64,000 bases of DNA from Podarcis erhardii (taxonomy: Eukaryota), in assembly GCA_964252035.1 (NCBI GenBank), contig OZ176200.1; one strand, given 5' to 3'. The notes under the pieces were generated by a model. The model was given only the letters and a program-made list of their open reading frames with translations. It was not told the origin of the DNA and did not search any database. Of this stretch, positions 1-12,122 are shown one piece after another; position 1 is the stretch's first letter, and the number at the start of each line of letters is the position of its first letter. The position numbers and the translations under genes were made by a program.

Positions 1-385
1 TTAAGGGTAATGGAGAAGACATGGAACAATATTGTAAAGGATAAAAATGTATAAAATTAGATGGTGCATACCTCATACACTGAATTAGAGGTGGGATGAC
101 AGGTTAATGTCAATACAGTGAATAAGGGGAAGAACATACAGCTGTGGTCAGCATTTTTACTCTTCTCTCTGCACTGCCTCTTCATTATTTCTGTGTTTAG
201 TATGTGCGTAGTGTTTTCTGTGGTGTGAGGCATTTTTGCAGTTACACAATCAGTGGCACACTAGCCATGAATTGAGAGAGAACATTTTGCATGCAGTTGT
301 GTGGGCAGTGAGATTTCACCCTTTTAATGGTATTTGGGGATGCTATTGCTTTGTGTGCCGCTTGATATGGTCTGTTTGAATAGTG

Positions 386-434
386 GTTGGACTAGATGAC
401 CCTTAGGATCCCTTCCAACTCTGCAATTCTATGA
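386..434 (+). mobile_element. CR1-type 3' tail fragment (CR1 LINE or CR1-tailed SINE)
   Basis: GGTTGGACTAGATGACCCTTAGGATCCCTTCCAACTCTGCAATTCTATGA, the same tail as 43383-43433. Confidence 0.7.
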
Positions 435-473
435 ATCAGAATAATTTGAATTCTGCTTTTTCCAGACAAGATA

Positions 474-667
474 CAGTCATACCTCGGGTTGAAGTAGCTT
501 CAAGTTAAGTATTTTCAGGTTGCACTCCACGGTGACCCAGAAGTAACAGAGTGTGTTACTTCCGGGTTTCGCCACTTGCGCAGACACTCAAAATGTCGTT
601 TTATGTTTACTTCAGAATGCGAACGGGGCTCCAGAACGGATCCCATTCATATCCAGAGGTACCACTG
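474..667. mobile_element. Tc1/mariner-type non-autonomous MITE
   Basis: Imperfect TIRs CAGTCATACCTC / GAGGTACCACTG flanked by TA on both sides. Confidence 0.8.
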
Positions 668-800
668 TACTACAGAGGCCCTCTTTAACATGCTGCATTC
701 ACAGGGATTTCAAGTCATTGGTAGTTGTAACTGGGAAATGTAGGACAGCATGATCAAGAACTCCTGCACCATTTAGGTTAAGTCCCTGGAGAGGTTATGG

Positions 801-1252
801 AATCATAGAATTGTAGAGTTGGAAGGAACACCAAGGGTCATCTAGTCCAACCCCTCGCAATGCAGGAATCTTAACTAGATCATATATGACAGATGGTCAT
901 CCAACTGCTGCTTAAAAGCTTCCAAGGAGAAAGAGTCCACCAACTCTTGTGAGAGTCTGTCCTTCTGTAGAATAGCTCTTACCGTCAGAAAGCTTTTCGT
1001 GATGTTTAGGTGGAATTTTGTTTCTTTTCACTTGAATCCATTGGTTCAGTTCCTAAGCTTGTTCTATCTTCCATGTAACTGGCCATTAGATATTTGAAGA
1101 TGGCTGTCATATCTTCTCACAGTCTCCTCTTTACCAAGCTAAACATTTCCAACACCCTCATAATGCTTGGTTTCCAGACCCTTTATCATCTTGGTCACCC
1201 TCTTCACATGTTCTAGCTTGTCAGTATCCTCCTTAAATTGTAGTGCCCACAA
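801..1252 (-). mobile_element. CR1 LINE 3' fragment
   Basis: Reverse (ATTCTATG)-type tail AATCATAGAATTGTAGAGTTGGAAGG followed by degenerate RT C-terminal sequence. Confidence 0.85.
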
Positions 1253-1499
1253 TTCATCCTGATTTGCTTGCACCAGGCTTACACAGATGTTAGACAATGT
1301 CTAGACTTCATTGAGCATTCATTCTGATTTGTTTGTGATGAGCTTTTGTGTCAAATAACATCCATCCTGCATTCATCTTGAGTTGCTTGCAGAATGGTTA
1401 AATATCTCCCAATTAATCCCACACTTTTTAGTGTATTTCCTTATCATTTTACTAACTGCAAAAGTCTGCTTTTGTCTGACCTTTGCCTATGCTGTGAAT

Positions 1500-1856
1500 G
1501 TTGGAAGATTCAGGACAGATAAAAGAAAGTACTTTGACACTCAGAACATAGTTAAAATATGTAACTCACTCCTATAGGAAGTAGTAATGGCCACCAACTT
1601 GGATGACTATAAAAGAGGATTAGACAGATTCATGCAAGATAGGGCTTTCAATGACTACTAACCATGATGGCTGCATTCTGCCTCCATGGTCAGAAGCAGT
1701 ATACTGAATTCCACTTGCTGGAAATTGCATGAGAGGCAAGTGGTGTTTGCGCTCCGGTCCTGCTTGCAGGTTACTCACAATCACCTGGTTGGCCACTGTG
1801 AGAACAGGATGCCAGATGAAATGGTCATTGGCCTGATCCAGTAGGCTCTCCTTACG
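1500..1856 (+). mobile_element. L2/CR1-superfamily LINE 3' fragment
   Basis: Tail GGCCACTGTGAGAACAGGATGCCAGATG...GGCCTGATCCAG; related copies at 17984 and 20618. Confidence 0.65.
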
Positions 1857-2053
1857 TTGTTGCCCTGTAGGTGAGAATATTAGTTTTTAAAAAATTCTTG
1901 CATCAGGAGGTTGTGGTGCTTGAGAATGTTAGGCTTCACTCTCCTCCATAAAGTAACTTCTGAATGCTGTTGGAGAAATAGGCTGCTGGGTTCAGTAGTG
2001 ATTTAGTGCTTAGTGGTACCAGAACAGAAACACTATTCATTGATGTGTTGCAG

Positions 2054-5000
2054 GATTGAATGCAATGCAGTTACAGAACCTAGCTGCATTAGCAGCTGCA
2101 GCCAGCGCAGCTCAGAGCACACCAAGTGGTACCACTGCACTCAATTCTTCTAACAGCCCTCTAAGTGTGCTCACCAGTTCAGGTAAGAGAGCCATATAAT
2201 ACAGTTTTGCATATCATAAGGCCACATGACAATGAGCCAGCTACTCATTAAATCATAAGCTTTTTGTGGGGAGACTTGATTAGTCCTGCCTCCCCAAAAC
2301 ACATTTCTGCTGTTTACACAACATGAAACAAATCAGTGTAGGTGCCTTCAGCATATGGGATAGAATTGGGTATATGTTGCATCTGTAAATAAAATGCATT
2401 TCTGCTTAACATGTGAAGTAGTCCTCAAACATCGAAGCCATCTTCCACAAGAAGGTGTTCTTTTTTCAGAATATAGTTGATCTTTTCTCCTGTGTTCTGA
2501 TTCTCCAATTTTCAACTTGCTTTAGAATATTGCAGGGTCAAGTGGAATTGAGAAGGGTTGCATGTCATAATTAGTTGGGAGAAGGTAATTTGCATTCTGA
2601 TCACAGATGCAGGCACACCAGGCCACACATTGGCATTTCCTAAGTGCAGTGCTGTACTTTGAAACATGGCAATGAATGGTGACTTTGAAGGAAATTAAGA
2701 GATTTCATTTAAGGACTTCATGTGAAAGAATGGAAACTAAAGTGGTCCCAGTTATCTAGCAAGTCCGATGCCAGAGTAGGAGTGGGAAACGTTTTTCAAC
2801 CTGAGGGTCACATTCTCTCATGGGCAGCCTTCTGGGGCCTGCATACCAGTGATGAGTGGGATAATGGATGTGACTCTTTACCTTTGTACAGTAGGCTACA
2901 GTCCAGTCACGCAAAAGTTCAGATGTTTTGACACATGCATCTCTCCATCCAGTCAAGCAAGAGGTATTATTACAGTTTAAGGACACATTCCAGCCAGGCC
3001 AGAAGAACTAGAGGGGGGTGAGGAGCAAGGCTTTGAAGGGCTGTGGTCTGTGAAGAGCCCTAAGAGCCTGATAGAGAGGCCTGGACGACCACATTGGTCC
3101 TGGACCAGACATCCCCCACCTCTGGGCTAGAGTGTAGGAAAGGGGAAGTACTTGGGAACTGATTGGGTATATCATGGTCAACTACTGAGCAGTCAACTGT
3201 TCTGAGGTAGTAGAACTCAAATGTTAGTAATGCAGCATGGTACAATTTCATGTCAGATCAGCTTCCATTGTGCATGCATCAACATGTCTAGCTGCCAGTT
3301 GATCAGGGCAAGTGCTCCCAGCCTCTGTCGAGCAAGGCACCCAATACTATGCAGGTCTCCACCCAGAGGTCTCATTTCTACTGTGGTTTCCAAGCAGGTT
3401 ACCAAACAACAAAGGTCCCTTCTCAGCAGTCCTGCTGGTTTTTTTTATTTTCTCCATACACCATACAGATGAGAGAGACTCCATCTCCCAAGGCATCTGT
3501 TCATTTCAGAGATTCTGAGGAGGAAATTGGTGATGACCTCAAATAATGGCTGGCATCTAAACTGTGCCAGCATTTGTGGACCCCTGCCTACCTTAGTGTC
3601 TAGGCACAAGGTTACCAGTGAAACAGCCTTTGAGGTTTGCACCCCCAAGATTAACATGTACTAATATGCTCAGAGTTCCATACAATAAAGTGAATTTTCT
3701 AGGGTCATATGAGTTTACAGCTGGTCAGATCCCAGGGCTTCCATTTTGTATAAAAATACACTGCTGTACACAATTGGGGAATTTTAAGTTTTGGTATTTT
3801 AACTCTCCTTGGTATAAATTACTGAAACCTTCGATGCAACATTTTTTAGTGCACATCTTGGAGAAAGTACTAAGATGTGATTGCGTTGGAAGCAGCTATT
3901 GGTGTCTAATGCTTTCATTTTAATAGCAGGATCATCACCCAGTTCCAGTAGCAGCTCCTCTGTTAACCCAATGGCTTCTCTTGGAGCACTGCAAACACTG
4001 GCAGGGGCTACTGCAGGCCTCAACGTTGGCTCTTTAGCAGGTATGTTTAGCATGAAGAAAAGAATGAGCCCTTTGTTCCGGTTGCCTCTCAGCTTCCCTT
4101 AATAATAACTTATGATTTTAAAACTGGTTGACAAATCAACCGCTGACATTTATTCAAATTTTCTGCTTAGGAATGGCAGCCTTAAACGGTGGACTAGGCA
4201 GTGGTGGTCTCTCAAATGGCACAGGGAGCACTATGGAGGCCCTATCTCAGGCTTACTCTGGGATCCAGCAATATGCCGCTGCAGCTTTGCCCACACTTTA
4301 CAACCAGAGTCTGTTAACGCAGCAGAGTATTGGTGCAGCTGGAAGTCAAAAGGAAGGTAGGTGAAAGACAGTGGCGGGAAGGTTGGTTCTCTAAGAGCTA
4401 GAGTCCTGTACTTTTGCAAGAGAGAGAAACAATAGAAACCACAGACAAACATTATGTTAAAATATCAAATATTTTGGCTCCCTGGCCTCAAATGGCTAAG
4501 GTACATAGACTGTTTCTAGTAGCCTTTGGCTATTGTTACGCATCCAGGTACACACACTCTCTCTCTCTCTCTATATATATATTCCTTTCACTGCTGCATT
4601 TAATTTTGAAAACCTTCATAAATTTTGTTTTTATCCCTTCTTTTAGAATCTTTAACAGTTCCAGATTCCTGGGAAAGTGGGGAATGGTTTTCATATTTCA
4701 AGTGGTGCATTTCATACACAATAACTTCAGTCTGTACAATAGTCTAGTAAGGTGGTAGGACACTGACTTTATTGAGAATGTAGAGAGCACATTGGTGTGC
4801 TCATGGTAAATGCATCATTGATGACTGGCTTTGAAAGGAAGGTGTAGGAACTTGGAAGCTAGTTTTCTGCCCACATAATTAGCTGTAAAGATTTATTTCA
4901 CATTTGTATGCAGTTGTGAGATTCCCCCCCCCCCACCTGCTGAAGACAGGATTTAGAAACTAAGACTAAGAAGACACACTTTTAAAAGCTGCAGCTTTTT

Positions 5001-7212
5001 GGCAGGAAGTGGACAGAGTTTTCACTGACACAGCCAAGTTTGAGTTGAATGACTCTTAGTACTCTGGAACCATCCCTAGCTCTTGAGAACTGAATGGGTT
5101 TTGATCTCTGCTTCAATATTAATAGCCAAAGAGTTGTGCTTTCTTTGAATTTTTCTCTAAATGGATATTTTCAAGGTCCAGAGGGAGCCAATCTGTTCAT
5201 CTACCACCTCCCCCAGGAGTTTGGGGACCAAGATTTGCTGCAGATGTTCATGCCTTTTGGGAATGTTGTCTCCGCCAAGGTTTTCATTGACAAGCAGACT
5301 AATCTGAGCAAATGTTTTGGTATGTAGGGTATATTTTGCAGAAATGTTCTTAATTCCTTTCCTTAAGATAAAATAATATGAAATCAACTTTTGTGTGCAA
5401 AGCTCTTCACTGCTGTGTGAGCATGATAGAATAACATGAGCCACTTGTATCTCTCAAAACCAAGCTTAATGAGATTCAGACCATGAAGATTTGTTTTGCT
5501 ACATTGTAGGATTTTGCCCCTTCATGAAGTAATATTTGATGAAACTTCTTTGATAACTTGATATTCACCAGTTCATTGATATCTTTGGTAATGAGGACAA
5601 GCCTGTGCAGCTTCATACTCATCAGTTGGAATGCAGCCCATGAACAATAAAGCTTGGCCTGACCCATGCTTGACAACCCATCCCAATATTTCTTCATGTG
5701 TTTAACTTACTTCAAACACATGAAACATCTTTTGTAGATGTATGAGTCTTGTTCTGCCGATTTTGAACCAACTTATCACATCATTGCCTCCCTCCTTCTG
5801 TTCTAATGTAGATTGTTTTGACACAGTGGCTTATGTGTAGATTCATTGTGGAGGCAGGTGATACCCTCCAGTATGTAACATAACTTCTTATAGCAGAAGT
5901 AAACATGAAAAGAATAGTTAATAACTGGCGCATGTTTCGAATGACATCAAAACTTTATCCTAGTTACCCTTTCAATTACCTTCTTAATACTAGAATTTCT
6001 TTGCTATCAGACAGGTCCTCTTTTTGGCATTTTCAACACAATTCCTAGCTTTTTCCAGACCTAGGTAGGTAGCAAAATAAGGTTTATGAAACCCTTTTGG
6101 ATCAGCATATGGTGTTCTATGTTTGCACAGAGCTTTTCAGTTCCTTCCATCCCACAGTAATCCGTCAGATGCCTTTCAGAATGGCACTCCAGGCAACCAA
6201 GGGCTGCTTCCAAAAGGGAAAATAGACCCCACCACCATATCTCACTCGCACTCACATCTCACTCTACATAATAAGCAGATAGTTTTCTAATGCAGTGCAC
6301 TATTGGCCTTGCTTAACGTTATCTTATAATCTTGTGGCTTTGAGTCCTGACTACTTACTCAGTTCCTATGCAATTCCCATTGACATTGGTGGGACTTGTA
6401 TGTATTTAACCGGGTATATAATTGCAAGCAGGTATACTTAGTGTTGATGTGTTTTGCCTTCCTGGGAACAGAATTTTAAATTCAGCAGAAGGGAACTTGA
6501 CAGAATCCTCCTATGCTCTGCAATTTAGTGATTAAAATGCCTACTTGTTCAATCTCCAAATACACTCTACTTGGTTGTAGCCTTTAGCATTGTACTGAAT
6601 TCAGCCGTTTCCCTATTTATACTCACTAACACTTTACATTTTACCAGCTGTCTGCCACTAGTCATCTCAGCTCTCCTTAACACAGCACCCTGTCTGGTGG
6701 TCACAATCCCTGGCTGTACTGAGCTAATAAATACTGTACTGAACTTAATGTTTAGAAGCAGCTGGAGCAGAACTTCAAACTCTGCAACTTACACTTCACA
6801 TAAAATATCAGTGTTGTGTAAGAAGTCATTTACTATAGGTCAGAAAAGCACCTGCGTACTCTTTCGTTTGAGTCCTAAGGAAACTGGCCTCCCTTGTGAT
6901 TTTTTTAATAATAATAAAAATCGTAGCCCTCTTATATTATCTAAACCTATGAACAGTTCATACACTTCATGGTTGCAGTACCAATGCAAGCACAGATGAT
7001 GATGTCAAGATACAAAAACAGAATGGCTTATTCCCACTTCAGTCTGACCATAAATGTTTTAAATGTATGTTTTCCTTTTCTTAGGTTTTGTAAGTTATGA
7101 CAATCCAGTCTCTGCACAGGCTGCCATCCAGTCAATGAATGGATTTCAAATTGGCATGAAGCGACTGAAAGTACAGCTCAAGCGCTCTAAGAATGACAGC
7201 AAGCCATACTGA
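2054..7212 (+). CDS. CELF1: CELF1/CUGBP1 RNA-binding protein, 3' part (5'-partial): linker plus RRM3. Exons 2054-2182, 3930-4040 (alt acceptor 3927), 4171-4356, 5176-5319, 7085-7212 (TGA 7210-7212)
   Basis: Spliced translation [26 protein letters not shown]...[99 protein letters not shown]2 (LFIYHL) and RNP1 (KCFGFVSY) are present. All introns are GT-AG, phase 1. Confidence 0.97.
2773..3125. mobile_element. Degenerate hAT-like MITE
   Basis: Ends AGGAGTGGGAAAC / TCCCCCACCTCTG resemble the other hAT MITE termini in the window. Confidence 0.45.
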
Positions 7213-10200
7213 GCGCCCCTCCCCTCTGGAACTGGAGTGAGAAGGATCTTCTGGTAAGTTGGGGAGGAGTGTGCCTGGTGATTCAAAAACTCTTTAAGGC
7301 TGTATTTTTACAGCCACAGAAGCTGATTGATGTCATTCTAACTGGCACATCTTCCCCTGAAGACTCGGCTGCAGCCTCTACTGGGAATTCTTCGGATGGA
7401 GGACGAGTTTGTGATTCTGTTTCCAGTGTTTTACTTTGGAGTTTAGGTGCCATATCGCTGATTATTATTTTTTTAAGTTTGCTGTGTTTGTAACCAGTGT
7501 GTTTTGAGAAGGACCAATGCCAGCCACCTTGGGGAGATGAGGAGATACCAGGTGCAATTGGAACTGACATTGCATGACTTAGACTTAAGAAGGAGAAAAG
7601 ACCTATTGCCAGACCCCAAGTTATATTCATGAAAAGAGGGAGGGAGAGAATCTGAATCCAAATCACTTGGTGGCTGGTTAGTGAACAGACCCTCAAGGAA
7701 CATTGCCAAATCCTCATTTGCCCAGCTTTACTTAATTAATGCCTTATGGGAGAATGTTATACTGAATCAGTCGCTAGGGTGGGAGAAAAGTAATTGGGCA
7801 AACAGATTAATGTATTAAAGGAAAACTGCAGTAATTATGAGTGTGTGGTCAGCTTACAAAATGATCCAATTGTGTTTCTAGAGCAAACATTTACAATCCA
7901 GCCAGAACAACCTTTAAAAATTGGATACTTCCAATTTTCCAGTATTTGTTGTTTAATGGAAAATAGGCAATTTATAATGGAGGTATACATCTTAGCCCCA
8001 AAATTTGCTCATGATCTGCTGCAAATTCTGTATGTCTTGATTGAATTTCCTTTGCGGCTTCTGCCCCAGTTTTACAGCTTGTACATAAAGATATTACTAG
8101 AATCAGTGTTCATAAAGCACTATTTAAATCCTAAGTACTAAACTGACAGATGGCTTCTAAATAAGCTCATGGTTCTTTGATTCCTGACATTCTGCTTTTT
8201 TGTGCACACTCTTTAGCTGAACATCCAGAATAATACTGCCCCAAAGATCACATTTTTTGCTTATATAGTTTGATTCTTCGTATGTTGCTGTTTTGCCACA
8301 TTGCAGTTTTCCTTTGAGTGCATGTGCCAATATAAAACACAAAGGGCTGAGTCTGCTGCACAGGATCTTGATCCTGCTATTGTTTATCACCCAATATATT
8401 TTAACTCACAACTCAGAATTCTTCCCCTTCTAATACACACTTATTTTTTTCCACACGTATGAATTTTCCAAAATGTTAAAGGGTGGTTTGTTTGTTTTGT
8501 ACACACTGATGACATGGGACTAAAGGGAATTTTGACATTCTGGCCTCAGCCATGGCAAGAAGTCAGTGTAGAAGCTAGCTCTAAAGCTACAAAAAGCCAC
8601 CTCTATCTGTGAGGAAATGAACGGTGTTATATATAGATTCACTGCATTCCTGTGTCCTCAGTTTATTCGTCTCTTTGGCCCCATTTTATTATTACGTTTT
8701 TTTCACAGCACCCCAGTCAACCCACAAATTTTGTGTTTGGGAATCGTGTTTAGGGGAGCAGGGAGCAGGTTTTTTTTTTTTTTTTTAATTAAAAAAAAGG
8801 CTTTCAGTTCACTCTGTCAGGAAGAGCCACAAGGCTTGTTGAGCCTGAAATGCCATTTAAGAATGTGCCAGAAACTTGGAAATCAAACATAACCAGGGAC
8901 TGGGTCCCCTGGTGTATCAAACCTCAGAAGTATAAGATGTATTGGGCCTTCCTTCTCAGGTTCAAGTAATATTTTTCTCGTGAATTTGGAAGTATTGTTG
9001 ATGCAAACTGTCAGTATTATAAAGCACACAGAATGGTGGCAAAAAAGGTTGAATGGTCAGATTGCCAAATTTCCCATTTATGCTGGCATATGGTACCCTT
9101 CTGTGTTCAGTATTTGGGTCTATTCAGAAGCATATGCATACATTTAGGTGAACTGTATACATTTGAATTTTGTGCACTAGGAAAAGTTGTGTCCTGATAT
9201 TCTGAGTGGAGGGGAGTATTGGAGTGTTGAGGCTTCCAGAGTTGTCATGGGATTTTTTTAAAAAAATAAATAATATACTTTTCGGGGGGCGGGTGTCATG
9301 GTTGGGAGCAGCTGCTCCATTTGCAACCTGATATAACCAAGAATGTTGTTTCTATTTTTATAGAAGTTTTATACTGCTCCAGGGTGGAGAATATTTATTA
9401 TCTAAATTATTTCACTGGAAAAAACAGGGTTTTGCATAATCCTGAATGTGATTGTGTTACACATACATACAGCAATGTGCATGATTGAAACTACTGACTT
9501 TCAGTGACCTGTCTGCAGTGAGAAAAGCTGCTAAATAGGAAAAGAATTAATGCTGTGAACTAGTGGAGAGGGAAAGCTGTGCTCAAGTTTCTCTATAGTC
9601 ACTTCTCCCAGTACTTCCTCTCCCCTGCTCCCTCAGTTACATTTTTGTTTTTGTTTTGACTACCCAAATTAGTTTTCTGTGAATTATCTGTTCGCTCACC
9701 CTTTTATTTAGTGTCCATAATATTCCTAAACAGCATATATGCTCTCATCATGGAAACTGTGAGGCAAATCACCTCCTGTTAAATTAACATGACAGCAAGT
9801 GGGTATAGATGGTTTTATAATCTGAGAAGTATGATTTATGTGAGTGCTCTCATCCCACCTGAGAATTGCCAAAGTAGACTTTCCAGGTTAAATTCCAGAA
9901 ATCAGGACTCTGGTGTGTATTGGCAAAGTTGCTGCGCCTTCTGTGCTGGTGCTCTGAATTACTTTTAACTAGAGGACTTTAACTCCATATGCCTCTCCCC
10001 TCCCTCAGTTTAATTCTGATCTGCCCATTCATGCTTTTCAAAACAAGTAATAAAACTAAGGTTCTCTATTGGAAATTGCGCACACAAATTCAGCTTTCCA
10101 CTTCTAGGATTACGGCCTATCTGTCACGTTGTGGGTTGTTCTGCACAGTTTTTAATTTCCTCCATCCTTTTTCCTTTCCAAGTTTGAACAGATCCTTTGA

Positions 10201-11260
10201 CATAAAACCCTGAATGTTACCTTTTTGCCTATCCTTCTGTAGGAGACCAGATTATTATCTATGTTTGATCCAATATGACAAAGGGATCAAACTGGAAAGC
10301 ACAGCCAATTTTAGTTGTTCTTTATTAAGAAATACAGGCTACTATGTATCAACTTAAGTTGTATTTAACCTAAAACAATCATAGATGTATTTTAGATTAA
10401 AACAAGTTCTCAGAATAAATTGGGTGTCTGGTAACATGCAGAGACAAATCTGGAATCAATAAAAGAAGAAACACTGAACTGAAAAGTATTTTGGGCTGAC
10501 TTTGGCATTCCTGAGGCATATCAACCCCCCCCCCAAAGAAAAGCCTTATTCTTGTAATTAAAAAAAGGCTCTCAACAACTGCTGATGAATTTGCCTCACA
10601 ATAGTGTGCATTTCCTCTGTAACATTTTAACTTGAGTAAATATATGTATATCCTTCAGCCTTGTGAGTGTGTCCTGGGGGCTGGAGGGGGGGGGGAGAGA
10701 CAGAATCTACTTTTCAGATTCTGCTTGATGTACATGTTAAGATCAAAAATCTAAGATAGTAGAATAGCTTAGCACTTGTAAACAGAAGTTCAGTTTTCAT
10801 TTGGGAATTCACACACACAAATAGAAAAATAAACTTTTAAACACTGAAATGAAATGCAACCGTATGTTTTAAACCAGAATATTATATGCCTTTAATTGTA
10901 ATTGGAATAAAAGTTACAGTAAACCTAACAAGCCTGCTTTTTCCAGTAATCACATGCTGCCTCAGACAGTTTTCCATGTCATTACCAGAATGCTTAAATG
11001 TATTTGTCATGCAAATCACATCTCTTGTGTTGTACCCTTATTGGAGATTCTATCAATTCTGAGAAAATGTCAAGATGCTCAGACAAAATTCCTTCCACTC
11101 AAACTGGTAACAGTGACTGTAGAACTTATGAGAGCCCAGAATTCCACCTCACAAAGTCAGGGAGAAGGATTTATTTATTGAAAAAGTTGCAAACGTTTAT
11201 TTGTAGGTATTAAATAAAAAGGGCTCAGCTGAGGCAAGTCTTGACTTGCAATAAAGTCTT
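7213..11260 (+). other. CELF1: CELF1 proximal 3'UTR / retainable 3'UTR intron (donor GTAAGT at 7254)
   Basis: CTG|GTAAGT lies 41 nt after the stop. AATAAA at 10828, 10906, 11213 and 11250. The stretch is AU/GU-rich and nearly repeat-free. Confidence 0.7.
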
Positions 11261-11797
11261 AATTCCTTCCTATTTCAAAGGGTTTCACTTCTGTTTATGT
11301 ATCTTATGTCATTTTTTGGTTCTAAAACCAACAGCCAGTATCCTTGTTTCCTAAAGAATAGCTGAAACAGAGGATGGATTTCTTAGGCTACTACTGCCTA
11401 TGTATGTCGCATGATAGGAAAGAAGAAAGTATAATCAACCCCCAATGGTTCCTCCTGTGTCCCCCCATCTCTTAAAATCACCCTGGAACCACATTTTATG
11501 GATTCAAGATCTAACAGAGGAGGAGTTCTGTGTTGTCTTCCTCAAGCAGAGGTAGCAGGAGCACTGGCTCAGGGCTGTGGTGCCTGCACAGCTGTCTGGA
11601 TGCCACTAAGCCATAGTCCATTCTGTAGCTAGTGTCTAAAGGAAATCCCAGGCCTCTACTTCTATCTGGTTTCTGGTCGTTTTGATATTTATTTGGTGTC
11701 TTATGCACTTCAACTTTTACTTGTTTGTTGTTGGCATGTGCTGCCCTTCCCTGTCAACTCCCCTCCCCAAGAGGTCTCATTGTACAGTGCCCATTCT

Positions 11798-12122
11798 NNN
11801 NNNNNNNNNNNNNNNNNNNNNNNNNNNNNNNNNNNNNNNNNNNNNNNNNNNNNNNNNNNNNNNNNNNNNNNNNNNNNNNNNNNNNNNNNNNNNNNNNNNN
11901 NNNNNNNNNNNNNNNNNNNNNNNNNNNNNNNNNNNNNNNNNNNNNNNNNNNNNNNNNTCGTCNNNNNNNNNNNNNNNNNNNNNNNNNNNNNNNNNNNNNN
12001 NNNNNNNNNNNNNNNNNNNNNNNNNNNNNNNNNNNNNNNNNNNNNNNNNNNNNNNNNNNNNNNNNNNNNNNNNNNNNNNNNNNNNNNNNNNNNNNNNNNN
12101 NNNNNNNNNNNNNNNNNNNNNN
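11798..12122. other. Undetermined sequence: N160 + TCGTC + N160
   Basis: N runs at 11798-11957 and 11963-12122. Confidence 0.99.
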
